From: Octopus sinensis
Taxonomy: Eukaryota
Length of the DNA stretch: 64,000 nucleotides
NCBI RefSeq assembly: GCF_006345805.1
Contig: NC_042998.1
Location: forward strand, 25,668,001 to 25,732,000
Direction of reading: 5' to 3'
The notes below the pieces were generated by a model. It was not told where the DNA came from and did not search any database. It saw only the letters and a list, made by a program, of their open reading frames with translations. The position numbers and the translations under genes were made by a program. Of this stretch, positions 43,130 to 56,790 are shown piece by piece. Position 1 is the first letter of the stretch; each line of letters opens with the position of its first letter.

Positions 43130-44162
43130 ATCATCATCATCATCATCATCGTTTAGCGTCCGTTTTCCATGCTAGCATGGGTTGGACGGTTCTTCTGGGG
43201 TCTGTGAAGCCAGAAGGCTTCATCAGGCCCAGTCAAATCTGGCAGTGTTTCTACGGCTGGATGCCCTTCCTAACGCCAACCACTCCGTGAGTGTAGTGGG
43301 TGCTTTTTACGTGCCACCGCACAGGTGCCAGACAGAGCTGGCAAACGGCACGAACGGATGGTGCTTTTATGTGCCAACCGGCACAAGGCCCGGCGAGGCT
43401 GGCACGGACACGAACGGGGCGGTGCTGGCAACGGGTCGGAAAGGAAGGTCTCTTACATGCCACCGGCCTGTAACACATCGCAATTCCATTGATCGATTTC
43501 CACGATCCTCACTTGCCTCAACGGGTCTTCACAAGTAGAGTTTCGACATGCCACCGGCACTGGTAACACATCTGCAATTTCCATTGATCGATTTCCATTT
43601 CTGATCCTCACTTGCCTCAACGGGTCTACACAAGTAGAGTATCGACATGCCACCGCACTGGTAACACATCTGCAATTTCCATTGATCGATTTGATTCTGA
43701 TCCTCACTTGCCTCAACAGGTCTTCACAAGTAGAGTTTTGTGTCCCAAGAAGGGAAGGTATGCATACGTAGGCTGGCTCCATCCAAGTAGAAGGCCAGGG
43801 TTATGGACTCACTTGTCCTGCCGGGTCTTCTCGCGCACAGCACACTTCCAGAGGACTCGGTCTCTAGTCATTCCTCAGTGAGACCTAAAGTTCAAAGGTC
43901 GTGCTTCACCACCTCGTCCCAGGTTTTCCTGGGTCTGCCTCTTCCACAGGTTCCCTCAACCGCTAGGGTGTGGCACTTTTTCACACAACTATCTTCATCC
44001 ATTCTCGCCACATGACCATACCAGCGCAATCGTCTATCTTGCACACCACAACTGATGCTTCTTAGGTCCAGCTTTTCTCTCAAGGTACTTACACTCTGTC
44101 GATTATGAACACTGACATTACACATCCATCGGAGCATACTGGCTTCATTTCTTGCGAGCTTA
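43130..44162 (-). mobile_element. 5'-truncated RTE LINE with ~97-bp UTR triplication
   Basis: MLRWMCNVSVHNRQSVSTLREKLDLRS...GRGRPRKTWDEVVKHDL; ctcacttgcc anchors at 43508, 43607 and 43703; (CAT)n tail. Confidence 0.9.
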
Positions 44163-44797
44163 TGTATATATATATATATATATATACATATAGATACATA
44201 CTCACATTCATATATATATTACAAAGAATAAGTCGTGGGGTCGATTTGCTCGACTAAAAAGGCAGTGCTCCAGCATGGCCACAGTCAAATGACTGAAACA
44301 AGTAAAAGAGTAATATATTTGTTCTATTACTTATGTAAACATAGATTTCAGAAAAATCTTAGATATTCAGAAGAAAAATATAGAACTGAATAAAAACAAC
44401 AAATCTATTACACTTCGAATTACTTTTTAATTTAGAATGAGTTTCAGCCTCTAGCCATTATTTAATGCATTTGATTTCGTATATATTAGCTAAATATTCT
44501 CATTTTAATGACAGTAAATATATATATATGTTACTACAAATTATGCAGCCATTTATAGATAGTTGAAATAGGTCACTTGAGAGTGTATTAGGCAGAAGAG
44601 TAAAAGATCTCTGATCCAACCTTGGGTTTTATCATGTGAATGACATTCTTTTTTTGCCCTTAAAATCATTACAAATTGATATTTCTACCGTTTAACTTAC
44701 TTAGGGAGGAGGAGGAAGTGGAGGAGGAGGAGGATAGGCAACCAGGTTTCACTCACATATATACATATCAGAGCATAATCATCATTATAATATATAC

Positions 44798-44839
<42 letters not shown>

Positions 44840-45051
44840 TATATAATGATAAATATCAGAGTGAGTTATCAACAGTAGCAGAAACACATCGTGATGTAAA
44901 TATGCCATTTGAATATGGCTAACCCTAAGGGTGGATGCTACTGTAGTTTTAGCCCCAGGAAGACATCTCCTCCAGCTGGCTATAGACACACTTTCTGTGC
45001 CCTATCAGTATTTGCAAAGGGAAGCCATCCTTCCCGTCTTCAATTATGATA

Positions 45052-45096
45052 CACACGGACCCGAGTTTCAAGGTATTGACCTATCATCAGCGTGTG
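45052..45096 (-). ncRNA. Minimal type I hammerhead ribozyme motif
   Basis: Exact reverse complement of 45202-45246. Confidence 0.8.
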
Positions 45097-45201
45097 ACAA
45101 TCACAGTTGTCGATAGGAAGGAGGCTCTCTTTACAAATACATATACTTTTTCCAGTATGTATTTGTTAGAGAACCTCCTTCCTATCGACAACTGTGATTG
45201 T

Positions 45202-45246
45202 CACACGCTGATGATAGGTCAATACCTTGAAACTCGGGTCCGTGTG
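45202..45246 (+). ncRNA. Minimal type I hammerhead ribozyme motif
   Basis: CACACG CUGAUGA U AGGU CAAU ACCU U GAAA CUCGGG UC CGUGUG: 6-bp stem I, 4-bp stem II, quasi-palindromic stem III, GUC site with predicted cleavage after 45240. Confidence 0.8.
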
Positions 45247-45405
45247 TATCATAAGTTGAAGACGGGAAGGATGGCTTCCCTTTGCAAATACTGATAGGGC
45301 ACAGAAAGTGTGTCTATAGCCAGCTGGAGGAGATGTCTTCCTGGGGCTAAAAACTACAGTAGCATCCACCCTTAGGGGTTAGCCATATTCAAATGGCATA
45401 TTTAC

Positions 45406-45471
<66 letters not shown>

Positions 45472-46229
45472 TATATATATAATATATATATATATATGTA
45501 TGTATATATATATATATGTATGTATTATAATGATGATTATGCTCTGATATGTATATATGTGAGTGAAACCTGGTTGCCTATCCTCCTCCTCCTCCACTTC
45601 CTCCTCCTCCCTAAGTAAGTTAAATGGTAGAAATATCAATTTGTAATGATTTCAAGGGCAAAAAAAGAATGTCATTCACATGATAAAACCCAAGGTTGGA
45701 TCAGAGATCTTTTGCTCTTCTGCCTAATACACTCTCAAGTGACCTATTTCAACTATCTATAAATGGCTGCATAATTTGTAGTAACATATATATGTATTTA
45801 CTGTCATTAAAATGAGAATATTTAGCTAATATATACGAAATCAAATGCATTAAATAATGGCTAGAGGCTGAAACTCATTCTAAATTAAAAAGTAATTCGA
45901 AGTGTAATAGATTTGTTGTTTTTATTCAGTTCTATATTTTTCTTTTGAATAACTAAGATTTTTCTGAAATCTATGTTTACATAAGTAATAGAACAAATAT
46001 ATTACTCTTTTACTTGTTTCAGTCATTTGACTGTGGCCATGCTGGAGCACTGCCTTTTTAGTCGAGCAAATCGACCCCCCCCTCCGACTTATTCTTTGTA
46101 AGCCTAGTACTTATTCTATCCGTCTCTTTTGCTGAACCACTAAGTGACGGGGACCTAAACATACCAGCATCGGTTGTCAAGCGATGTTGGGGGGGTGGCA
46201 AACACAGACACACAAACATATACACACAC

Positions 46230-46290
<61 letters not shown>

Positions 46291-47282
46291 TATATACGAT
46301 AGGCTTCTTTCAGTTTCTGTCTACCAAATCCACTCACAAGGCTTTGGGTGGCCCGAAGCTATAGTAGAAGACACTCGCCCAAGGTGCCACACAGTGGGAC
46401 TGAACCCGGAACCATGTGGTTGATAAGCAAGCTACTTACCACACAGCCACTCCTATGCCTATTGTAATTTTTTGCAAACACTCTTCTTAACACTAAACAC
46501 TTTTACCATTAGACATATCTGGATTTCTTAAACAAACACATTTTAACTTTGTGATATTCTGTTTGCTGAAAACAGCAACACGAACTCCCTCAAAGCACAC
46601 TTATAAATAAAGGCTACACAGAAGAATATAATTCCCGATCTACAATTGGAAAGATTGTCATAACTGGAACATCTTTCATTAGAGATTTTCAACTGTGTTT
46701 AATATGGAACTACATTTCTTCTTTGTGGAGGTGCAATGGCCCAGTGATTAGGGCAGCGGACTCACGGTTAGAGGATCACGGTTTCGATTCCCAGACTGGG
46801 TGTTGTGTGTGTTTATTGAGCGAAAACATCTAAAGCTCCATGAGAGTGGACCACTCACAATAATCAATGTACAAACCATTCTATACATATTTTGTTATAT
46901 TTAGGGATGGTCATATTTTTCCTAACGAAATAAATTCATAAATGTATATATATATGCATAATTGTTTAACATCCGCTTTCCATGCTAGCATGGGTTGGAT
47001 GATTTGACTGAGGTCTGGCAAACCAGATGGCTGCACAAGGCTCCAATCTGATCTGGCAGAGTTTCTACAGCTGGATGCCCTTCCTAACGCCAACCACTCC
47101 GAGAGTGTAGGGGGTGCATTTTACATGCCACCAACACAAGGGCCAGTCAGGTGGTACTGGCAAAAGCCACGCTCAAATGGTGCTTTTTATGTGCCACCTG
47201 CACTGGCGCCAGTCCAGCGGCACTGGCAACGACCTTGCTCGAATGTATTTTCACATGCCACCAGCACAAGTGCCAGTAAGGT

Positions 47283-47322
<40 letters not shown>

Positions 47323-49495
47323 ATCCAAACATGAAAGCACAAAAAAACACAGCAACGTGAGGACGTGGAACAAATATAGTATTATTGGACGTTCAGGAAA
47401 GAAGGAAAGAAGGAGGGTTTAACATTTCGAGCGGAGCTCTTCGTCGGAAACATAGGAGAAGGAAAGATCCAGAGAAGGGAAGACAGAGGGAAAAAAATCG
47501 CCAATGGTACACAAGCGGTCACATTTTGATATACACCATGCTAGCATGGAAAAAGGACGCTAAACGATGATGATGATGATGATGATGACATACACACATA
47601 CATATATATATATGTAGTATAATGTTTATAGATATGTATGGATGGATGTGTGTATGAGGAGAGAGAGAGGAACAAATGAAAAGAATGTATCTTTATGATA
47701 ATGTATAACAGTGGATGTTATTTCTGCCAGCACATGTCAATGCAATACACAAACATGAATCCAGTATACCCAACCAAGACAGTATCAAATTTAAACGACC
47801 ATTATATACACCATCAATAGGCCAATTACTGCAGTATTCATCCTGAGATAACATCTCTTATGGACATACTGTGTTAAAAAAGACAATATCAGAGAGAGAG
47901 ATGAAAAAAACACCCCTAGAGCATTTATCTCAGGAACTGGCCAATCAGCAACATATATATGTTATGTATAATACATAGATGGTTAGAAATACATGAATTT
48001 ATTATCTGTTTCTAATCAATCATTCACTGACAAATGTTTCTTCGTGTTTTTTTTGCCTTAATTATTGTCTTTTCTATCTTTGCCTCTGTTTTACAAACCA
48101 ACACCTGATAATCACATTATATTTTGAAATGAAGCTTTTATAAGTAGTTTTTTTTCTTTTTCTTCATTCCTGTATGACTAATCACTACCAACTCTATCAA
48201 AGTTAATATGTCGCTTATACTTATATCGACTTATTACTAAAAGCAAATTTAGATATTACTCTTTGATAATTGTGGAGGTACATGACCTAATGGTTAGAGC
48301 AGTGGACTCACGGTCGAGGGGTCACGGGTTTGAATCTCAGACCGGGTGATGTGTGTGTTTATGAGTGAAACACCTAAGCTCCACACAGCTCCGGCAGAAG
48401 GTAAAGGCGAAACTTCTGCTGACTCTTTCACCACAACATTCTCTCATTCTTTCCTCCTGCATCTTGCAGCTCACCTGTGACGGACCAGCATCCCGTCCGG
48501 TGGGGAACCTATATGCCAAGAAACCGGGAAACCGGCTCTTATGAGCCAGGCATGGCTCGAGAAGGAACAAATAACAACAACTTTGATAATTGTGAAGTAC
48601 TTCTGCTTGCATGGTAAGTAGCTTGCTTACCAACCACATGGTTCCGGGTTCAGTCCCACTGTGTGGCACCTTAGGCAAGTGTCTTCTACTATAGCCTCAA
48701 GCCAACCAAAGCCTTGTGAGTGGATTTGGTAGATGGAAACTGAAAGAAGCCCATCGTATATATATGTGAGAGCGTGTATGTTTGTGTGTCTGTGTTTGTC
48801 CCTCATCATCACTTGACAACCGATGGTGGTGTATTTACGACTCTGTAACTTAGTGGTTCGGTGAAGTGACCGATAGTATAAGTACAAGGCTTACAAGGAA
48901 TAAGTCTTGGGGGTCAATTCGTTTGACTAAAGGTAGTGCTCCAGCATGGCCACAGTCAAATGACTGAAGCAAGTAAAAGAATAAAAGAATAAAAGTATGT
49001 GTGTATATATATTCTTTTATTCTTTTACTTGTTTCACTCATTTGACTGTGGCCATGCTGGAGCACCACTTTTGGTTGAACAAATAAACCCCAAGACTTAT
49101 TCTTTGTAAGCCTAGTACTTATTCTATCAGTCTCTTTTGCTGAGCCACTAAGTTACAGGGACGTAAATACACCAGCATCGGTTGTCAAGGTATGGTGATG
49201 GGGACAAACACAGATACAAAAATACACACACACACACACATATATATATATACAGTAGGCTTCTCTCAGTTTCCGTTTATCAAATCCACTCACAAGGCTT
49301 TGGTCAGCCTGAGGACTATAGTAAAATATACCCCAGGTGACATCATGTGGGACTAAACCTGAGGCCATGTGGTTGGGAAGCAAGTGTCTTACCACATAAC
49401 CATGCCTGCACCTATATATATTTGCATGTATGTATGTATTATCAGTTACTTGTCTGTAAGTTGCAGAAAAAGCAATATTCATATAAATGTAAATA

Positions 49496-49591
49496 CAGCT
49501 GTTGTGCCTTTTCTTTTTCATCATTGCTGACAAATGAATGCCCATGCTCATAAAATCTATTCTTGAATGTTAGTTCATTCACCCCAATACC
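49496..49591 (-). pseudogene. PLE-type GIY-YIG endonuclease fragment
   Basis: GIGVNELTFKNRFYEHGHSF resembles the YIGxTxxTFKxRxxEHxxSF segment of Penelope GIY-YIG domains; inverted homologue EATELTFKHQSYEHRHS at 50221-50310 (+). Confidence 0.5.
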
Positions 49592-49691
49592 TACCTACCT
49601 ACACACATATAAATTTACATAAATAAGGATAAGATCGTTGTTTAAAATACCAATCATATCAAGTGGCTAGCATGGGAATAAAAACCTCATA

Positions 49692-49909
49692 GGTAATAAT
49701 TATCATTAAAATTATAATTAAGGGTATCTAAAAGATACCATCATGCTAGAGATAGCAGTCAAAACTCTAAAACGACATCAAGTATTCATACAGCACTAGG
49801 TGCTCTATGAATATTTGATGTGGTTTTAGAGTTAAATTTTGACTGCTATCTCTAGCATGATGGTATCTTTTAGATACCCTTAATTATAATTTTAATAATA
49901 ATTATTACC
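49692..49909. mobile_element. Fold-back MITE with TA flanks (Tc1/mariner-type)
   Basis: ggtaataattat...ataattattacc; near-perfect long arms; TA at 49690-91 and 49910-11. Confidence 0.85.
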
Positions 49910-50616
49910 TACACACATATATATATAAATGCACACATACATACATGTATGCATATCACAGTATTGCTATATCAATCACATTATCATATATAATTATACA
50001 CTGCTGGTCAAAATGCTCTTCCTTACATTGTTGTAGCTTTCAAATGATGTTGCCTCACTGGTCAGGGGCAGGCCTAAATACCCTCTGATCAGAAAACAAA
50101 TTCATTGTAAGGGTACCCATTAATAGGCTTAGTGGACTGGAACAGCAGGAAAGGAAGTGTTTTGCTAAAGAATACAACACATCACCAGTCTGGGAATCAA
50201 AACTACAACTTTGAGATCTTGAGGCAACTGAACTAACATTCAAACACCAATCTTATGAGCATAGGCATTCATTGTGAACCCTGATAATGAACGAGCTACA
50301 ATTTCATTGAAATTTAAATGGTTTTTGTATGAGACAAGTCCTCACGAATTCAAAATTACCTGTTCAATTTAAGTCATTACAATACAGGAATGGTAGCTTC
50401 AAATCAAAAATGTGGTGTCGTCTTTGTACAAATATTTAAGAATTTTGGCTCAAAATAGTTATGGTTGAACAAAAGAACTGAATTGTTGATGCATTGTATG
50501 CACGGAGTTAAGTGTCTTTTATGTAAATACCAACCTCCTTGTATTTTGTCATGGTTTTGAAATGTTTACTTAACATATGTATAAGTATATACATTTATAT
50601 GAGTGTGCTTGAATAC

Positions 50617-51010
50617 ATGTATGTATGTATGTTATGTATGTATGTATGTATGTATGTATGTATGTATGTATGTATGTATGTATGTATGTATATATATGTA
50701 TGTGTGTATGTATGTATGTTTGTATGTATGTATGTTTGTATGTATGCATGTATGTATGTATGTACGTATGTATGTATGTATGCATGTATGCTTGTATGTA
50801 TGTATGTATGCATGCATGCATGTATGTATGTATGTATGTATGTATGTATGTATGTATGTATGTATGTATGTATGTATGTATGTGTATGTATGTATGCATG
50901 TGTGTTTGTATGTATGTATGTATGTATGTATGTATGTTTGTATGTATGTATGTATGTATGTATGTATGTATGTATGTATGTATGTCTGTATGTATGTATG
51001 TATGTATGAA
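50617..51010. repeat. (TATG)n microsatellite
   Basis: Direct reading. Confidence 0.97.
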
Positions 51011-52019
51011 AATGTATGTGCATGTTTATGTATGAATTTATATATGTGTGTGTGTGTGTATTCATACATATATTTATGCATATATGTGTAGATATGTGCA
51101 TATATGTAAGGCTGAAATATATACATCTGTGCAGATGCACACAAACCACACACTCACAGGTGTATGCACACATACATCGCTTTCAAATATTACTTTAACA
51201 TATTACTTAAGCAACAAAGCAATTTCATGAAGTAAGTTATTCGAGTGATCTTGCTTGCATTAAACTCAAAACATGTGGCATATTCCCATGAGAGCAAAAA
51301 ACGAAATGAAAGCATGAACTTGAAACAACCATTTTTTGTAAGTGTCACTCACAAGGTTTTTTTTTACTAAGAACATAAAGATAAGTGTTTACTTCATAAC
51401 TTTGATATAATGTTTCAAAATACACTCAAACAAGAGATATCTCAGAAGAAAAACCAGCTCCAATTACCTGCTGAATAATCAAAAAATGTGCAATTCGGAG
51501 CACTGGAATTGTGAGCCATTTAGTTACGATGTATCAAAGAATATTCTACAAATTGCATTCTGTAATTTCTCATTTCTCATTAACTCAACAATAATTTATA
51601 TATTGAGATAGAAATGCAGATAAATACACATAGGTTTAAAAATATATATATAATGGTTCCGGGTTCAGTCCCACTGCATGGCACCTTGGGCAAGTGTCGT
51701 CTACTATAGCCTCGGGCCGACCAAAGCCTTGTGAGTGGATTTGGTAGACGGAAACTGAAAGAAGCCCGTCGTATATATGTATATATGTATGTGTGTGTGT
51801 TTGTGTGTCTGTGTTTGTCCTCCTAGCATTGCTTGACAACCGATGCTGGTGTGTTTATGTCCCCGTCACTTAGTGGTTCGGCAAAAGAGACCGATAGAAT
51901 AAGTACTGGGCTTACAAAGAATAAGTCCCGGGGTCGAGTTGCTCGATTAAAGGCGGTGCTCCAGCATGGCCGCAGTCAAATGACTGAAACAATTAAAAGA
52001 AAAGAAAGAAAAAAAAATA

Positions 52020-52470
52020 ATGAAATTATTGTATACAGTGCTCAGGTGCACCACAACTTGTCAAAAGTGCATATAAAATATATACAGTAATGTACAAATG
52101 TCTGGGAAGTGAACAGTGTATGAGTCAGATACATGCTTGTGTGTGTATGGAGAGGAGAAAATGAAGTGTAGTGTTGGCGGATCTCAGGAAGCATGGAAGT
52201 TTTGAAGGATGCCGGCAGTTTTTTCCATTCTTCAGTAACTCTTAGTGTGAAAAAATGTTTCCGAAAATCATGGGAGCTGTGCTGTTTTCTGACTTTGTAA
52301 ACATGTCCACAGGTGTTAGACAGATGGAGTTTGAAAAGGTGCTCAGAGTTATTGTTTGTAAGATGGTTAATAATTTTATGGGTGACTGCCAAGTCAGGTG
52401 CCAGATGTTGGAGTTTCAATGTATCCATCCCCAGGGAAGTAAGGTGTTCAGAATATGGCAAATGCATTCA
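52020..52470 (-). mobile_element. CR1/L2-type LINE 3' fragment
   Basis: LPYSEHLTSLGMDTL...DLAVTHKII...TCGHVYKVRKQ...RKHFFTLRVTEEWKKLP matches the CR1-type RT C-terminal pattern (TRGHxxKL...FFxxRVxxxWNxLP). Confidence 0.8.
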
Positions 52471-54930
52471 GTTGTATAATGACATGGAATACAAAATACA
52501 GATTACAGAGTAAAGAAAACAACAGGAGTTAGGTGAAGAATCTTATCTCAGCAGCTGTTTCGGGAGCACCATGGCTCATCCTGCAATCATACTCATGTGT
52601 AATAGATGTACATGATGTCATAGTTGTGTGTAATTCCAAAAGTTCAAATGAATTTGTTAAGCTAAATCTAGTGGCACTCCCTGAGAGAAGAATGGAGATT
52701 TGTGTGTATGTGTTTATGTGCATGTGTTGGTCAGTGGCAAAATAGCAAAGGCTGCTGGACAAAGTACATTTACATTCCTTGTTCATATCCCAATTATTTT
52801 TTATTAGTGAGTTAAGTTAGCATAATCATTGAAACATTAGACAAAATGCCTTGCAATATTTTGTTATGGCACTTTAGTATCTGGAATGAAATTTCACCAG
52901 TATTAACTTTACTTTCATTCGTCATCATCATCATCATCATCATCGTTTAACGTCGTTTTTCCATGCTAGCACAGGCTGGATTAATGTTGGATTAATAAAA
53001 TAAAGTACCAGTTAAGTACTGAAATTATTTTAATTACTTTAACTCTTTTCTCCTGCATCTTGCAGCTCACCTACGACAGACTGGCATTCTGTCCAGGTGA
53101 GGAACCTATAAGCCAAGGAAACAGGGAAACCAGCCCTATGAGTTAGGCATGGCTCAAGAAGGAGTAAACAAATACTTTAAGAACATATATCTAATTCTTG
53201 AATTTTCATTTTGTTTTACCCAGCTCTATAGGTGACACCTCGAATAAAGCTGCATGGGATTGTCAACCTTTAGATTTTGATATAAATCAACTGAATGCAC
53301 CTAACTACTACATTAAAGGACACTCAATCATTTATCTAGCAGAAACACATGTCGGAAGGGAATAAAAAGAAAATACAGTAACATAAATTTTGATGACTTA
53401 TAATCCTCCATTTTCATTGTGATGTTTGATTACACACACATACGTGTATATATGTGTGTGTGTATGTGTGTGTGTGTGTGTATGTGTGTGTGTGTGTATA
53501 TAAGAGGGGTGGTGGCAGGAAAACCAATAAACTCCATCCAACTCATGCAAGCATGGAAAAGTGAACATTAAAAAAAATGATGAACAATACTCTTTACTCT
53601 TTACTCTCTTACTTGTTTCAGTCATTTGACTGCGGCCATGCCGGAGCACCACCTTTAATCGAGCAACTCGACTCCGGGACTTATTCTTTTGTAAGTCCAG
53701 TACTTGTTCTATCAGTCTATTTTGCCGAACCGCTAAGTAACGGGGACATAAACACACCAGCATCGGTTGTCAATCAAAGCTAGGGGGACAAACACAGACA
53801 CACAAACACACACACGCATATATACATATATACGATGGGCTTCTTTCAGTTTCCATCTACCAAATCCACTCACAAGGTTTTGGTCAGCCCGAGGCTATAA
53901 TAGAAGACACTTGCCCAAGGTGCCACGCAGTGGGACTGAACCCGGGACCATGTGGTTGGTAAACAAGCTACTTACCACACAGCCACTCCTGCGCCTATAA
54001 GAAGATTTTGTTGGAGAAAGAAGATGGAAACAAGTAACATTCTGCTTCTCTCAGAAAATGAAAACATTTTTAGCAAATTCTCAAGAGAACAGTCATAAAG
54101 GAAACCCTGGCCAATGTGTAGAAGAATCTGATTTTCATTAACTGCTGTGGGACATACAGATGTGTGCGTCTGGTTTTCGGGACTGAATATGGAACAGGAA
54201 AGTATGAAGAATTGGTGCATCACACACAGGGTTGGATTGAGATCCATCGAGGCCCTAAGAACTCAAAAGATTTTGGTGCCCCCATAAAAGATCATGTAAT
54301 TCAAAATATAAACAATAACAAACCATAAAATAAATTTTTATTTTTCAAAACAAAACAAAATAGTAAGAGGGAAAATAATATTTATTTTTGTATACTTCCG
54401 CTTTATTTCTATTTGAAAAGTTTCCTCCTACTTTTTTGAATTGCAAAGTCTTTGATCAGATCCTCAAAATTAATCTAAGGTAACACATCTGCATCTATAC
54501 TTAGCAGAAATAAAGGCATCTCGAATATTATTTTAGTAAGTTTAAAGGGATTTCTTTTGTGCCATAAATCATTTACCATTTCTTTGGTGCCCTTTCCTTC
54601 CTTGATGCCCTAAGCATGTGCTTATTTTGCTTAATGGTTAATCCAGTGATGATCACACACCTACCTATAGGCAGGTGCCATAGTACTTGAGACACTGTAA
54701 AACAAATGTCACAGCAAGAGACATTTATGATGGCATTAACCTTGACTTGTCACCCTTATGGCTCAGTTTGGGCAGGTTATGAGTGTTGAAATGACTAGAA
54801 AAGATATGTGGTTTAGAGGTATTCTCATAGACAATCAAGTCTTAGTGAGCTCCCAAAACCAGCAAGTCATTTTGAAGCTGTATCTCATCATGAGCAAAGA
54901 GACAGAAAAGAAATAAACCTGGTGGTATAA

Positions 54931-55157
54931 GGCAAGCTGGCAGAAACGTTAGCATGCTGGGCGAAATGCTTAGCGGTATTTCGTCTGCTGCTACATTCTA
55001 AGTTCAAATTCTGCCGAGGTCAACTTTGCCTTTCATCCTTTCGGGGTCGATAAATTAAGTATCAGTTATGCACTGGGGTCAATATAATCAACTTAATCCG
55101 TTTGTCTCTCCTTGTTTGTCCTCTCTGTGTTTAGCCCCTTGCGGGTTGTAAAGAAAT
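54931..55157 (+). mobile_element. SINE family C with TSD
   Basis: tggtataaggca at 54923-54934 and 55158-55169. Confidence 0.85.
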
Positions 55158-56304
55158 TGGTATAAGGCAGAAAGTATTGTTGTTATATGTGTGACAGTAA
55201 AAGTCACTTGAAAATTTTATTCTCTGAGAAGCTGGAAAGACAGAGGTGGGAGATGAGAGAGAGAGTGAGTGACATAGAGAGAGAGAAAGAGTGAGTGAGA
55301 GTAATGGACAGCTTCAAGAACAGCATGCCTAGCAACGATAACAGCAGGAACAGAACACCTTCTTTTACACCTTTGAAAATTACAATAAAAACACTCACCA
55401 TTCCCTCAGTGCCATGTGCTGATGACAAGGGGAAAGGGTCCTTTCATAGGCCATTACCAGTAGTATCATCCCTTCATCTTATCATCATCATCATCATCAT
55501 CGTTCAACGTCTGCTTTCCATGCTTGCATGGGTTGGACGGTTTGACCGGGATCTAGGAAGCCAGGAGGCTGCACCAGGCTCCAGTTTGATCTGGCAGTGT
55601 TTCTATGGCTGGACGCCCTTCCTAATGCCAACCACTCCGTGAGTGTAGTGGGTACTTTTTACGTGCCACTGGCACAGGTGCCAGGGGAGGCTGGCAATGG
55701 CCATGATCGGTTGGTGCTTTCTGCAGAAAGACATGAAGAATGAATTAAGAAGCAAATTGTCAGAAATAGTAAAAAATAGCCGTATACATCCTAAAAGAAA
55801 AGGTGTTTAGGATTTAAGAAGAAGCCATAATTTCTTGTGAAGTTATGAATTTTAGAGAGCTTTCTATAGCCAATGAGGAACTGGCAGGGTTTCTAATGTA
55901 CTGCAGAATGAAAAAAGATATGATAAAGTGCAAATTAAGAAAATAAATTTTCACTATGTGGAATATACAAACAATATTTAGTAACATATATTTGTGTACC
56001 AAAAAAAAAAAATAAGCAATATTCTCGATAAAATTTAGTTTAAAATATTTTAAGATTTAAATAATTTGAAAAATAGTATTAGAAGCCAAAATTCTCAGAT
56101 GTAATAAGATACATTGTTAATAAGGTTAATTCAGATAATAAAAACCAGCTTAATAATCTAGAAACATTTATCCATCATCTACCCAGAGGAAATGGGTTCT
56201 CTCAGAGCCACTCTGGCATGTGAAATGTTCAAGGAGGTTTTCAGGCTTGATTGTCTTGGGCAACTGCTTGTGGGAAACATGCAGGACACAAAAATGGGAA
56301 GTGG

Positions 56305-56790
56305 TTAATCATCATCATCGCCGTCATCGTCATCATCATCATCATCATCATCATTATCACTACCACCACCACCAGCACCACCAGCACCACCACCACCACC
56401 ATCATCATCATCATCGTTTAACGTCCGCTTTCCATGCTAGCATGGTTTGGACGATTTGACTGAGGTCTGGCGAACCAGATGGCTGCACCAGGCTCCAGTC
56501 TTGATCTGGCAGAGTTTCTACAGCTGGATGCCCTTCCTAATGCCAACCATTCCGAGAGTGTAGTGGGTGCTTTTTAGGTGCCAGTGAGGCAGTACTGGCA
56601 ACGACCTCACTCGAATCTTTTACACATGCCACCGGCACAGGTGCCAGTGAAGGCTATGCTGGTAACGATCACGCTCGAATGGTGTCTCTTACGTGCCACC
56701 AGCACGGAGGCCAGATAGCTGCTCTGGCAACAATCACGCTCGAATGGTGCTCTTAATACCCTACTAGCACGGGGCTTGAGTGCCACTCTG
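56305..56790 (-). mobile_element. RTE 3' UTR fragment with long (CAT/CAC)n tail
   Basis: Same UTR core. Shorter copies at ~30587-30765, 35625-35975, 36150-36272, 37380-37585, 46960-47285 and 55480-55720. Confidence 0.8.

Larger units (their letters stand above)
44219..46101. repeat. ~1.9-kb inverted duplication centred on an HHR-bearing palindrome
   Basis: Outer arms ~44219-44800 / ~45520-46101; inner arms 44891-45147 / 45154-45410; a few substitutions and indels between arms. Confidence 0.92.
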
